Source: an uncultured Solirubrobacterales bacterium (GTDB lineage Bacteria > Actinomycetota > Thermoleophilia > Solirubrobacterales > Solirubrobacteraceae). From it: 24,000 bases of DNA. Where the stretch lies: assembly GCA_963837655.1 (NCBI GenBank), contig CAWIOK010000013.1, positions 54,078-78,077 on the forward strand, in the 5' to 3' direction. This document shows, one piece after another, positions 1 through 8,813 of this stretch. Both the position numbers and the translations under genes were made by a program. The notes under the pieces were generated by a model. The model had not been told where the DNA came from. It did no database searches and saw nothing but the letters and a program-made list of their open reading frames with translations. Position 1 is the stretch's first letter. Each line of letters opens with the position of its first letter.

Positions 1-2
1 AG

Positions 3-92
3 GCGCGCGCCGGTCGGTTCGAGGTCGTCCGCGACCTCGGGTCGATCGACCCGCAGGAGCGCCTCGTCGGCACCCCGGCCGCCGCCCGCTGA
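3..92 (+). CDS. 3' end of an unidentified gene (partial, runs off window start)
   Basis: Frame 3 is open from the window edge with GC-rich third positions (..GRFEVVRDLGSIDPQERLVGTPAAAR) and ends at TGA 90-92. No family recognised. Confidence 0.35.
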   Translation, partial: ARAGRFEVVRDLGSIDPQERLVGTPAAAR

Positions 93-138
93 CCGCGGGC
101 GATCTCGCAGTCTCGACCATCACGACAGGAGACGAACC

Positions 139-411
139 ATGCTGCTCGCAACGACGCAGGTCGAGGACTTCGACCGCTTCCTGGAGATCTTCACGACCAA
201 GGGCGCCGACAAGCGCCGCGAGCACGGCTCCAAGGAGGCCCTGGTCTTCCGCGACCCCTCCGAGGACGACCGCGTGTGGGTCCTGTTCGACTGGGACGAG
301 CAGGGCTGGCAGAGCTTCGTGACCGACCCCGAGGTCCCGGGGATCATGCGCGAGGCCGGCCACAGGGGCAAGCCGGTCAGCGCCGCGTTCGCCGGCCGCT
401 GCGACGCCTGA
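139..411 (+). CDS. small soluble hypothetical protein (possibly ABM/dimeric alpha+beta-barrel-like)
   Basis: ATG 139, 90 aa, GC3-rich codons. Sequence MLLATTQVEDFDRFLEIFTTKGADKRREHG...VWVLFDWDEQGWQSFV looks like a small alpha+beta protein; family assignment is from memory only. Confidence 0.6.
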   Translation: MLLATTQVEDFDRFLEIFTTKGADKRREHGSKEALVFRDPSEDDRVWVLFDWDEQGWQSFVTDPEVPGIMREAGHRGKPVSAAFAGRCDA

Positions 412-437
412 CCACTCGAGGCCCTGAGTAGATCGCA

Positions 438-473
438 GACCGAGCGGCGTCGCCCACGCGGCGCCGCTCGGTC
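438..473. terminator. long GC hairpin between convergent genes (bidirectional terminator candidate)
   Basis: GACCGAGCGGCG (438-449) is the perfect reverse complement of CGCCGCTCGGTC (462-473). Inner CGC/GCG pairs leave a CCAC tetraloop. It sits between 139-411(+) and the permease stop at 472. No U-tract. Confidence 0.5.
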
Positions 474-1692
474 AGTGCGCGTGAACGTGCTCGTCGTGGT
501 CATCCGACGTGGCGCCGCGACGGGAGCTCAGCCAGAACAGCACGCCGAAGACGAGCAGACCGGCGATGTTGAGGACGAGCTTGTAGTCGAGCTGGACGGA
601 GCCGAAGATGTCGGCGCGGCTCGGGCGAGCGCCGTCGGGGATGAGACCCAGGCCGCTGAACAGCCCATCGATGATCAGGGCGGCGGTGACCATGGTCACG
701 AACATGAGCGCCGTGATGCGCAGCGTGAAGGTGGTGCCGTAGTACTTGCGGTAGATGGCGAGGATGGGCAGCACGATGAGGTCGGCGAAGATGAAGGCCA
801 TCACGCCGGCGAAGGAGATGCCTCCGCTCCACAGCACTGCCGCCAGCGGCACGTTGCCGACCGAGCAGACGAAGCTCAGCACGGCGATGACCGGTCCGAT
901 GAAGGCGCCCCACACGGTCTGGACGAGCGGGGGAGCGTCCTTGAGGAACAGGCCGTTGAAGAAGCCGTCGCCGAGCTGCGCGACGAAGCCGGCCAGCAGG
1001 AACCCGGCGAGGATCTCCTTGTACAGCATCTGCCAGTCGCCTCGGAAGTTCTGTGCCACGTCCGACCAGGCGGACGCGCTTCTCAGGCGCTGGCGCCACG
1101 TCATCGTCTCGCCCGCCGAGTGGTGCTGATGGCCGCTGTCCGCCTCCTGCGCGTGGTCGCGTGCCTGCTCTTCGAGGCGGCGCGACACGAACAGCCTCAG
1201 CAGCACGGCCATAAGGCAGATCATCACGAGTCCGCCGAGGTACTCGGCGAGTGCGAACTGCCAGCCCAGGAGGACCCAGAGGACGAGGCCGAGCTCCCAG
1301 ACGAGGTTGGTCGACGCGAACTGGAAGGCGAGCGCGGACGCCGCCGACGCGCCCTTCTGGAACAGGCTCTTGGCGATGGCGACGGCGGCGTAGGAGCACG
1401 ACGAGGAGGCAGCACCGAGCCCGGTCGCCTTCGCCAGCGGAGCCACGCCGTCGCCTGCCAGGGCGTTCTGGATGCGCCCGCGCGGGACCCACGCCTGGAC
1501 GATGGCGGAGATGGCGAAGCCGAACACCAGCGCCCACCAGACCTCCCACGCCATCAGCATGGCGTCCTTGAGGCCCGACCAGACGACGTCGAGCACGTCG
1601 CTGCCCACTACTAGCTGACCGGCGCGCCGACGGCGCGCGTGATCTCTTGTGACGGGCGGCAGGCTGGGGCTCGGCTCACTCCACCTGACCAT
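472..1692 (-). CDS. multi-pass membrane permease (PF03773/ArsP-like predicted permease family)
   Basis: Hydrophobic multi-helix protein with blocks WEVWWALVFGFAISAIVQAWVPR, ASSSCSYAAVAIAKSLFQKGA and FVCSVGNVPLAAVLWSGGISFAGVMAFIFADLIVLPIL, which I remember from this family. Start is ambiguous (ATG 1692, GTG 1608 or ATG 1560); the track start at 1800 is unlikely. Confidence 0.75.
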   Translation of the reverse strand: MVRWSEPSPSLPPVTRDHARRRRAGQLVVGSDVLDVVWSGLKDAMLMAWEVWWALVFGFAISAIVQAWVPRGRIQNALAGDGVAPLAKATGLGAASSSCSYAAVAIAKSLFQKGASAASALAFQFASTNLVWELGLVLWVLLGWQFALAEYLGGLVMICLMAVLLRLFVSRRLEEQARDHAQEADSGHQHHSAGETMTWRQRLRSASAWSDVAQNFRGDWQMLYKEILAGFLLAGFVAQLGDGFFNGLFLKDAPPLVQTVWGAFIGPVIAVLSFVCSVGNVPLAAVLWSGGISFAGVMAFIFADLIVLPILAIYRKYYGTTFTLRITALMFVTMVTAALIIDGLFSGLGLIPDGARPSRADIFGSVQLDYKLVLNIAGLLVFGVLFWLSSRRGATSDDHDEHVHAH

Positions 1693-1707
1693 ACCCCCAG
1701 GGTGTAT
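1691..1707. promoter_or_regulatory. 17-bp imperfect palindrome, possible operator upstream of the permease
   Basis: ATACCCCC-A-GGGTGTAT, arms match 7/8. It overlaps candidate start ATG 1692 and lies 80-130 nt upstream of the alternative starts. The cognate regulator is unknown. Confidence 0.25.
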
Positions 1708-1892
1708 TCGAGAAACCTGCGAGATCAGAGTCCGAACCAGCGCGCGCGGCGCGACGCGCCGAACGCCGCCTTCTCGGCCGCGAACGCCGGCGACGAGCAA
1801 CGTGGTCGCGCGAGCCTACCCCCGGGTCCCGGGCCCCGGGCCGACGAGCGCCTCGAGGTGTCGGGCCCGCTGCGAGGAGTAGCGTCGATCGG

Positions 1893-2519
1893 GTGAGCTG
1901 CGACCCACTGGTGACGATCTCGGCGTCCTACGGCGCGGGCGGAAGCCGTGTCGGACCCTTGGTGGCCGAGCGGCTGGGGGTGCCTTTCGCCGAGCGGATC
2001 ATGGTGCGGGGTGTCGCCGATCGCGTCGCCAGGCCGCTGGCCGCCGCCGACCGGGACGAGCAGCCGGTCGGGCGGTCGCTCGGGCGGACCCTGCGTCAGA
2101 TCGCCGCCGAGCTCTCGCCGTCCCGGCCCGCGAGCGACCAACCCGACGCCGTCGCCGACGAGGAGTACCGGCGTGCCGGCGAGGAGGAGCTGCTCGGCTT
2201 CGTGGATGGAGGCGGCGTGATCCTCGGGCGGGCGGGCGCCGTGGTCCTGCGCGACGTGCCGCACGCGCTGCATGTCCGGATGTCCGGCCCTGTCGAGCTG
2301 CGGATCGCGCAGGCCATGCTCGTCGAGGACATCGACCACGACACCGCGCGCTGGCGCCAGGCGACCGAGGACGTCGCCCGCGACGCGTACGTGCGTCACT
2401 TCTACGGCCTCGATCCACTGGACCCCGCCCTCTATCACCTGAGCATCGATTCGACCCGTCTGCCCCTGGCGGGCTGTGTCGAGGCGATCGTCGCCGGCGC
2501 TCTCGCCGTGGCCGACTAG
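1893..2519 (+). CDS. cytidylate kinase-like family protein (P-loop-like NMP-kinase fold)
   Basis: GTG 1893, 208 aa. N-terminus LVTISASYGAGGSRVGPLVAERLGVPFAER and the tail ...HFYGLDPLDPALYHLSIDSTRL match my memory of the Cytidylate_kin2 family. Confidence 0.7.
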   Translation: MSCDPLVTISASYGAGGSRVGPLVAERLGVPFAERIMVRGVADRVARPLAAADRDEQPVGRSLGRTLRQIAAELSPSRPASDQPDAVADEEYRRAGEEELLGFVDGGGVILGRAGAVVLRDVPHALHVRMSGPVELRIAQAMLVEDIDHDTARWRQATEDVARDAYVRHFYGLDPLDPALYHLSIDSTRLPLAGCVEAIVAGALAVAD

Positions 2520-2935
2520 GACCCCGGGGTCTCCGGCGGTCGCTCGGGCGCAAGGTCGCCGAGCCGGCGTGCGAACTCCTCAGCGCGGACGAGCGTCTCC
2601 CGCAGCTGTGCACATCGCGCGCGGGCGTCCCGGGCGAACTCGGCGATGCGCTGTCGAGCTGCGCGGCGCACCGCGGCGTCGTCCGCGCTGACGTCCTCGT
2701 AGGCGGTCAGCAGCTCACCCATCTCCTGCACGGTGAACCCGAGGGGCTTCATCTGCTTGATGAGCAGGAGTCGGTCGACCTGCGCCTGGGTGTAGAGGCG
2801 AAACCCGCCTTCGGTGCGTCCGGCGGGCTGGACGAGGCCCTGTTCCTCGTAGTAGCGCACGGTTCGCAGCGAGAGGCCGACGCGCTCGGCGATCTCTCCG
2901 ATGTGCAGCGTCGCGTCGATCGGCACGGCGGGCAT
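2516..2935 (-). CDS. MerR family transcriptional regulator
   Basis: N-terminal HTH IGEIAERVGLSLRTVRYYEEQGLVQP...GFRLYT followed by a coiled-coil dimerisation helix. Its start ATG overlaps the SulP stop (ATGA at 2935-2938), implying co-transcription. Confidence 0.9.
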   Translation of the reverse strand: MPAVPIDATLHIGEIAERVGLSLRTVRYYEEQGLVQPAGRTEGGFRLYTQAQVDRLLLIKQMKPLGFTVQEMGELLTAYEDVSADDAAVRRAARQRIAEFARDARARCAQLRETLVRAEEFARRLGDLAPERPPETPGS

Positions 2936-4425
2936 CAGTGCGCCGCCGCCATCTGTCCGGACAGCGTCTGGTGCAGCTCGGCGCTCGGCTCGTTGAGACC
3001 GCTGATCTCGATCGTCGTGCCGTAGCGGGAGTAGTGCTGCTGGATGGCGTCCAGGGCGGCGACGGCTGAAGCGTCCCAGACGTGGGCGCCCGAGAAGTCG
3101 ATCAGCACACGCTGCGGATCGTTCGGGTACTCGAAGGCATCGACCAGGTCCTGATCAGAGGCGAAGAACAGCTCACCGGTCACCGCGTAGAAGACGGCCG
3201 TACCGTCGGGATCCACGACGCGCTCGACCTCGACCAGGTGGGCGACCTTGCGCGCGAAGCTGGCCATCGCCGTCAGCGTGCCGGCGGCGACGCCGACCGC
3301 GAGGTTGTTCGTCGCCACGGTTCCGATCACGGTGGCCGCCATCACCACGCTCTCGGCCGTGGGCATCCGCTTCAGGGTCGATGGCCGGATCGAGTGCCAG
3401 TCGAAGGTCGAGACGGAGACGAGGATCATGACCGCGACCAGCGCTCCCATCGGGATCGCGGCCACCAGGGGCCCCAGACCCACGATCAGCACGAGCAGGA
3501 AGAGCCCTGCGCAGAACGTCGAGATGCGGGTGCGCGCACCGCTGACGCGGACGTTGATCATCGTCTGCCCGATCATCGCGCAGCCGGGCATCCCCCCGAA
3601 GAATCCCGTCACCACGTTGGCGATCCCCTGACCGCGCGCCTCACGCTCCTTGTCCGAGCCCGTCTCGGTGATGTCGTCGACCAGCCGGGCGGTCATGAGG
3701 CTCTCGAGCAGCCCGACGGCCGCCAGGGTGATGGAGTACGGCAGGATGATGCCCAGCGTGTGCAGCGAGAACGGCACCGACGGGATGCCGAGCATCGGCA
3801 GGCTGGTGGGCAGTGATCCCTCGTCGCCGACGTTGGGTGTGTCCAGTCCGCCCGTCACGACCAGGACCGTCAGCAGCACGATCGCCACCAGCGGAGCGGG
3901 GATCGCCGTGGTCAGACGCGGGAACGTGTAGATCACCCCCAGGCCGAGGACGATCAGCGCCAAGCCGAGCATCCCGCCGTCGCGGATGTAGGGCACCTGG
4001 GCGAGGAAGATCAGGATCGCCAGGGCGTTGACGAAACCGGTCATCACCGACCGCGGGACGAACCGCATCAGCCGGGGGACGCGTAGCAGGCCGAGCACGA
4101 CCTGCAGGACCCCCGCGAGGATGCCCGCGGCGAGCAGGTACTGCAGTCCGTGCTCGCGGACGAGGCTCACGACCACCAGCGCCATCGCGCCGGTCGCCGC
4201 GGAGATCATGGCCGGCCGGCCGCCCGCGATGGCGATCGTCACCGCCATCGTGAAGGAGGCGTAGAGGCCGACCTTCGGATCCACGCCGGCGATCAGCGAG
4301 AACGAGATGGCCTCGGGGATCAGCGCCAGCGCGACCACCAGGCCGGCCAAGAGCTCGACGCGCAGGACCGCAGACGCAGGGAGGCGCGGTCGGCGCGACG
4401 CGCCGAGCCCGAGAAGTTGGTTCAT
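2935..4425 (-). CDS. SulP family anion transporter with C-terminal STAS domain
   Basis: 496 aa with many TM segments (..ALALIPEAISFSLIAGVDPKVGLYAS.., ..GIANVVTGFFGGMPGCAMIGQTMINV..) and a soluble STAS-like tail (VFYAVTGELFFASDQDLVDAF...LIDFSGAHVWDASAVAALDAI). Confidence 0.9.
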   Translation of the reverse strand: MNQLLGLGASRRPRLPASAVLRVELLAGLVVALALIPEAISFSLIAGVDPKVGLYASFTMAVTIAIAGGRPAMISAATGAMALVVVSLVREHGLQYLLAAGILAGVLQVVLGLLRVPRLMRFVPRSVMTGFVNALAILIFLAQVPYIRDGGMLGLALIVLGLGVIYTFPRLTTAIPAPLVAIVLLTVLVVTGGLDTPNVGDEGSLPTSLPMLGIPSVPFSLHTLGIILPYSITLAAVGLLESLMTARLVDDITETGSDKEREARGQGIANVVTGFFGGMPGCAMIGQTMINVRVSGARTRISTFCAGLFLLVLIVGLGPLVAAIPMGALVAVMILVSVSTFDWHSIRPSTLKRMPTAESVVMAATVIGTVATNNLAVGVAAGTLTAMASFARKVAHLVEVERVVDPDGTAVFYAVTGELFFASDQDLVDAFEYPNDPQRVLIDFSGAHVWDASAVAALDAIQQHYSRYGTTIEISGLNEPSAELHQTLSGQMAAAH

Positions 4426-4674
4426 GGAGAAGTCGTTTCAGTCGAACCAGCGCAGACGGCGGCGCATGGCGGAAAAGGGGGGGAAGAAGGGAGTGCCGGG
4501 AGCGGGGCGACGCATGGGGTGCCCCGGCAGCGCGGCAACCGCGCGCCTGACCCTACTCGCACGTGAGTGTCGGCTTGTCTGCGCCGGCGCTCCCGGGGCA
4601 TCGCGGACCAGGGCCGGTGAGTTTCGGCGAGACGCGGCCCGCGATCTGGGCGTTGTCAGTCGGCGTTCCACGGC

Positions 4675-4864
4675 TTAGGACATCCAGGGACCGATGCCGA
4701 CGATCTTCGTCGGCGTGATGTGCGTCGTCCTGCCGCCGCCGGCGGGCGGACGATCGTGAAGGCAACCCTGGGGTTGCGCTCGATCTCGCGGAGCTTCTGG
4801 TACCGAGCACCACAGGCTCGAACAGCGCGCGCGCCCGTCGTTTGAGGACGGGGCCGCTCGTCAT
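4675..4864 (-). pseudogene. heavily decayed PPOX-class (pyridoxamine-5'-phosphate-oxidase-like) gene remnant
   Basis: ATG 4864 overlaps the amidohydrolase stop (ATGA 4861-4864). Three frames carry MTSGPVLKRRARALFEPVVLG, YQKLREIERNPRVAFTIV and THITPTKIVGIGPWMS-stop (4675-4677). These resemble N-terminal, middle and C-terminal motifs of PPOX-like proteins, but only ~63 codons remain. Confidence 0.3.
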
Positions 4865-5808
4865 CCTCCGAGGTGCGGGAACAGCGCTTCCGCGTTGCCG
4901 CTGCACAGCGCAGCCGCGTCGCCCTCGTCGTAGAACGCGGTGAGTGCCGCCAGTGACGGTGGGATCGATGCCTCCGGCATGAACGGCGCGTCGCTTCCGT
5001 ACAGCCGCCGCTCCGCCGGCACGAAGGCGCTGTAGCTCTCCAGCGAGACGCGGTTGGCCACCGCGGTGCAGTCGTAGTGGATGCGTCGGAGCTGCTCGAC
5101 GATCTCGGGCGGGGTGATCGGAGGATCGAGCCTGTTGAAGTAGGGCGAGATCCCTGCGATGCGCTCGGCCAGGAACGGCATCGTTCCGCCGCCGTGGGAG
5201 GCGATGAGCTTCAGCCCCGGATGGCGACGCAGGGTCCCGGAGGCGACCAGGTTCACGAGCATCCGTGTGGTGTCGAAGGGGTACTCGAGCGCCGGCGCGG
5301 CGTACCCGACCGAGAAGCGCTCATAGCCGGCGGGAGCCACCGGGTGGGTGGAGATGACGGTGCCGCGCCGCTCGGCCTCCGCGAAGACCGCGTCGAAGGC
5401 AGGGTCGCCGAGGTACCGGCCGCCGATGCTCGTGAGCAGGCCGATGCCATCGAGCTCGAGCTCGTCGAGGGCGTGGGCCATCTCCTCGAGCGCGCCGTCG
5501 ACGTCCGGGAGCGTGAGGACGGCGAAGGCGCCCAGCCTGCCGTTGGTGCGCGCGCGGCGCTCCGCGGCCGCCTCGTTCAGGCGGCGGGCGAGCTCGCGGG
5601 ATCGTCGGCCCGACGCGAACGAGATCCCGGGCGCCGAGAACGACAGCACGGCCGCGGAGATCCCATGCCGGTCGAGCAGCTCGAGATGGCCTTCCTCGCT
5701 CCACGCCGGGATCGGGAAGCCGTCCACGTCGGAGATGCCCGCGGCTCTCATGGCCGCCAGGTAGTCCGGTGTGACCAGGTGCGCATGGACGTCGATGAGC
5801 CCGCGCAT
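4861..5808 (-). CDS. amidohydrolase_2 family protein (ACMSD / hydroxybenzoate-decarboxylase-like)
   Basis: 315 aa. N-terminal metal motif IDVHAHLVTP, later ISTHP, ASHGGG and a C-terminal GSDAPF Asp motif typical of the ACMSD/gamma-resorcylate decarboxylase branch. Its start overlaps the monooxygenase stop at 5808. Confidence 0.85.
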   Translation of the reverse strand: MRGLIDVHAHLVTPDYLAAMRAAGISDVDGFPIPAWSEEGHLELLDRHGISAAVLSFSAPGISFASGRRSRELARRLNEAAAERRARTNGRLGAFAVLTLPDVDGALEEMAHALDELELDGIGLLTSIGGRYLGDPAFDAVFAEAERRGTVISTHPVAPAGYERFSVGYAAPALEYPFDTTRMLVNLVASGTLRRHPGLKLIASHGGGTMPFLAERIAGISPYFNRLDPPITPPEIVEQLRRIHYDCTAVANRVSLESYSAFVPAERRLYGSDAPFMPEASIPPSLAALTAFYDEGDAAALCSGNAEALFPHLGG

Positions 5809-7577
5809 CAGAGGGCCAGGACGCGTCGCAGGACGTCATCGAGCACGCCGCGCGGGTCCTCAGCGGCATCCTGCGCGCGCCACGCGACGGCGCGGTCGGG
5901 GCGGACCAGGATCGCCCCGGAGCGTCCGAAGTCTCGCTGGCGAAGCCAGGCGCAGCGCGGGTCGAGCCAGTCACCCTCGAGGTGTCCGATGCGCACGGCC
6001 GTCATGTCGATCTCCATCTCGGTCGCGAGATCACGGGCCGCCGTGCACCAGTCGTCCCCGTCCTCGCCGGCGATGAGCATGAACCCGCGCGACGGGGCGA
6101 GGTCACGAAGCGCGATCCGCGTCCCGTGGCGCTCGACCCATGCGTGGGGGAGCGGCGAGCCCGGACGTGTGCCGGGCTCGTACACGCGGATCGGTTCCAC
6201 CGGCGGGACCAGCGGGCTCCCGTCGGGGACGACCGCCGCGGACTCGTAGGCGTGGCCGAACTCGACGTTCTGCTCGCTGAACTCCATCGACTGGCTCGCG
6301 ACGACGGGATGGGCCGCTTCCCGGAGCGCCTCTCCGTCCGGGCTGTCACTCCACAGAAGCCTGGATCGTTCGACGTTGACGGCCGGATCGCCCTCCGGGT
6401 CGATCCCGATCGCCCGGATCAGCGCGCCGTGGTTCATGGCGTTCTCGACCGCGCGCTGCGTGTTGCGTGCATCGATCGGGAATCGCTCGGGCTCGTAGGA
6501 GGTCAGCAGGTCCTCGCCCGCCCGCCCGTCGAGCACATGCGCGAGCTTCCAGCAGAGGTTGTAGGCGTCCTGCACGGCGCTGTTGAGGCCGAGTCCGCCC
6601 GTCGGGGGGTGGCGATGGGCGGCGTCGCCCAGCACGAACACGCGTCCGACCTGCATCGATGAGGCGAGCAATCCCTCCATCGACCAGCGCGTGACCACGT
6701 GGATCTCGGGGTCGAAGTCCGGCAGGCCGAGACGCAGGCGCATCTGCGCGAGGACCTTCGCGTCGTCGTCGTACAGCGGCTCCTCGGGCACCGGGTAGTT
6801 CATGTGGAACACCCACTCCTCCGAGCGCGTGCCCCAGTGCTCAGGCCCCATGGGGACCAGCACGCTGAAGCGGTCGCCCAGCGCCGGGTGGACGATCCAG
6901 CGGATGAGGACGTCGTCGTCGCGCATCCATGGGGAGAGGTCCGCCGAGAGGTGGACGCTGACCGAGCGCATGACGTCGCGTTGGCCCTCCATCGTCACCC
7001 CCGCCTGACGCCCGACGGTGCGGCCGCCGTCGCAGCCGAGCAGGTAGCGCGCGCGGACCGTGTACTCCACGCCTGCATCGTGATCGCGGACCGTCGCGGT
7101 GACGCCGTCGTCGTCCTGGTGCAGCGACTGCAGCTCGTGGCCGAAACGCACGCCGCCCGGGTTGAGCTCCTCGGCGCGGGCGCGCAGGAGGGGCTCGAGG
7201 CGGATCTGAGGGAGGTTGGTCTGTCGGCACGGGCTGGCGGCGACCCACGCCGGGTCGGTGTAGCCCGCCCCCCAGCACTCGAGCTTCGCGATGAGCCGCC
7301 CCGCATCGGGGTCCTCGCCCGCGACGTCGCGGTACCAGGCCGTGTGGCTCATGTGCTCGGGCGGGCACCCGCGCGCGTAGACGTCGTCGGCGACCCCGAC
7401 CTCGCGGAAGATCTCCATCGTGCGCTGGTGCAGCACGTGTGCCTTCGGCATCACCGACGTCGTCGGCAGCGCGCTGACCAGGAGCGACTCCACGCCCTGG
7501 GTGGACAGCAGCATCGAGGCGGACAAGCCCGCGCCACCACCCCCGACGATCAGCACCGGCACCTCGATCTGCGACAT
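5808..7577 (-). CDS. FAD-dependent aromatic-ring monooxygenase (phenol 2-monooxygenase / PheA-TfdB-like, class A)
   Basis: GxGxxG fold VLIVGGGGAGLSAS, GD motif VFVLGDAAHRHPPTGGLGLNSAVQDAYNLCWKL, and a ~200-aa C-terminal extension as in phenol-hydroxylase-like enzymes. Preferred start is ATG 7577 (MSQIEVPVLIVGGG), preceded by GGAGGAGAGG; the track start at 7649 is unlikely. Confidence 0.9.
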   Translation of the reverse strand: MSQIEVPVLIVGGGGAGLSASMLLSTQGVESLLVSALPTTSVMPKAHVLHQRTMEIFREVGVADDVYARGCPPEHMSHTAWYRDVAGEDPDAGRLIAKLECWGAGYTDPAWVAASPCRQTNLPQIRLEPLLRARAEELNPGGVRFGHELQSLHQDDDGVTATVRDHDAGVEYTVRARYLLGCDGGRTVGRQAGVTMEGQRDVMRSVSVHLSADLSPWMRDDDVLIRWIVHPALGDRFSVLVPMGPEHWGTRSEEWVFHMNYPVPEEPLYDDDAKVLAQMRLRLGLPDFDPEIHVVTRWSMEGLLASSMQVGRVFVLGDAAHRHPPTGGLGLNSAVQDAYNLCWKLAHVLDGRAGEDLLTSYEPERFPIDARNTQRAVENAMNHGALIRAIGIDPEGDPAVNVERSRLLWSDSPDGEALREAAHPVVASQSMEFSEQNVEFGHAYESAAVVPDGSPLVPPVEPIRVYEPGTRPGSPLPHAWVERHGTRIALRDLAPSRGFMLIAGEDGDDWCTAARDLATEMEIDMTAVRIGHLEGDWLDPRCAWLRQRDFGRSGAILVRPDRAVAWRAQDAAEDPRGVLDDVLRRVLAL

Positions 7578-7600
7578 CCGGCCTCTCCTCCGTAGTCCTT

Positions 7601-7618
7601 CTGTAACGATCGTTCCAG
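7601..7618. promoter_or_regulatory. 18-bp palindrome in the monooxygenase/TetR divergent intergenic region (TetR operator candidate)
   Basis: CTGTAACGATCGTTCCAG, with a perfect 10-bp core AACGATCGTT and 16/18 overall symmetry. It lies between ATG 7577(-) and GTG 7641(+). Confidence 0.45.
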
Positions 7619-7640
7619 ACAGAGTAGATAGGCTTGCCGC

Positions 7641-8301
7641 GTGACGCAAGCGGCCGCACGGCTGACCAAGCGCCAGGAGCTCGGGGAGCGTTCGCGGCAG
7701 GAGATCCTCGACGCCGCCTCACGGCTGATGGCGGCGCACGGCTACGACGGCGCGAGCATCTCGCACATCGCGAAGGAGTCCGGCCTGCCGGCGAGCTCGA
7801 TCTACTGGCACTTCACCTCGAAGGCGGGTGTGCTGGAGGCGGTGATGGAACGGGGCGCCGACCGGTTCTTCGCCGCGTCGAGTCGTCGTCGACGTCGTCG
7901 TCGACGTGCGCGACGGCGCCACGCCGCGGGACGTCCTGCGCGCGCAGCTGCGCCTGGCCGCTGCCGGTATCCGCCGCGACTCCGACTTCCTGCGCCTCTT
8001 CATCCTGCTGCTGCTCGCCGGCGGCCCGGACGACACCATCGTGCGGGTGCGCCGCAAGGGCCGCGAGCGCCTGCATGACCAGATCCGCACCGCGTACGCG
8101 CCCCACGGCGCGGCGACGGCGACGCTCGTCGCCGACCGGCTGGTCGACTTCGCGGTCGGCGTGTTCGACGGCGCCTTCCTGGCCGTCCAGAACGACCCGA
8201 CGCTCGACTACGAGCCGCTGCTCGTGCTCATGGCCGATGCGATCGCGGCGTTGGGCGACGAGATCGCCGCGAAGCTAGGTGACGCCCGCAGCGCGATCTG
8301 A
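7641..8301 (+). pseudogene. TetR family regulator, reading frame broken near 7879-7882
   Basis: The HTH half in the GTG-7641 frame (RSRQEILDAASRLMAAHGYDGASISHIAKESGLPASSIYWHFTSKAGVLEAVMERGADRFF) runs into an Arg-run nonsense tail. The ligand-domain half (..DGATPRDVLRAQLRLAAAGIRRDSDFLRLFILLLLAGG..FAVGVFDGAFLAVQ..) continues in the +1 frame to the stop at 8299-8301. Confidence 0.8.
7882..7905. repeat. perfect 12-bp tandem duplication GTCGTCGTCGAC x2 inside the TetR gene
   Basis: Read directly: GTCGTCGTCGAC at 7882-7893 and again at 7894-7905, encoding VVVD-VVVD in the downstream frame, immediately after the frame break. Confidence 0.9.
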
Positions 8302-8748
8302 GAGGCGTGCGAGCAGTCGATCGGCGACCTCCGTCACGGGCTCGGTCGTGCTGAGGACGAGGTCGGCGGAGCGGCGAAGCAGCGGCTCGATGTCCGCGAG
8401 ATCGGCGAGCACCTGGCTGCGCTGTGCCTGCGTTCGACCGTACGCGTTCGAGGTTCGCGTCCTGAGTCGCGTCACGATCTCGTCCTCAGGCGCGGTCAGC
8501 AGGACGCGACAGTCGAACGGCAGCTCGATCTGCTCCTCGGAGCACCCGGCGAAGAAGAGCACGTCGCCGTCGGGGACTTGGGCGAGCAACGAGGCCACGG
8601 CGTCGATGCGCCAGCCCCACCGGTCGTCGGCGCGCGGCTCGCTGAAGCCGTCGTCGTCGGCGTCGTAGGCCGCATAGCCTCGCCGGCGCAGCTCCTGCAC
8701 GAGCGTCGACTTCCCGGATCCGGACATCCCGGTGAGCAGGACGCGCAT
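8275..8748 (-). CDS. small P-loop NTPase (AAA_18/AAA_33-like kinase family)
   Basis: ATG 8748 gives MRVLLTGMSGSGKSTLVQELRRRGY.. (Walker A GMSGSGKST), 157 aa. The longer track ORF to 8988 would read through the tRNA-like repeat and is rejected. Its 3' end overlaps the TetR 3' end convergently. Confidence 0.75.
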   Translation of the reverse strand: MRVLLTGMSGSGKSTLVQELRRRGYAAYDADDDGFSEPRADDRWGWRIDAVASLLAQVPDGDVLFFAGCSEEQIELPFDCRVLLTAPEDEIVTRLRTRTSNAYGRTQAQRSQVLADLADIEPLLRRSADLVLSTTEPVTEVADRLLARLSDRAAGVT

Positions 8749-8813
8749 CGCCGGAAGGTACCTGTCGGTGCTGGTGCTTCCGCGTGACCGCGCGGGCGTA
8801 CGGCCCGCCCACG

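Noticed and set aside
475-1614. Long antisense ORFs opposite real genes (e.g. 475-1614+, 3082-3816+, 5077-6249+, 6699-7595+, 10140-11156+, 10625-11644-, 14639-16063+, 19832-21130+, 21774-22712+)
   Set aside because: Their translations are Arg/Ala/Gly/Pro-rich low-complexity strings, typical of shadow frames in high-GC DNA. In each case the opposite strand encodes a protein with recognisable motifs and proper GC3 bias.
1819-1842. Triple CCCGGG (CCCGGG-T-CCCGGG-C-CCCGGG) in the permease/kinase-like intergenic region
   Set aside because: This is a short GC-rich low-complexity tract with no flanking promoter elements or partner regulator. It is likely compositional.
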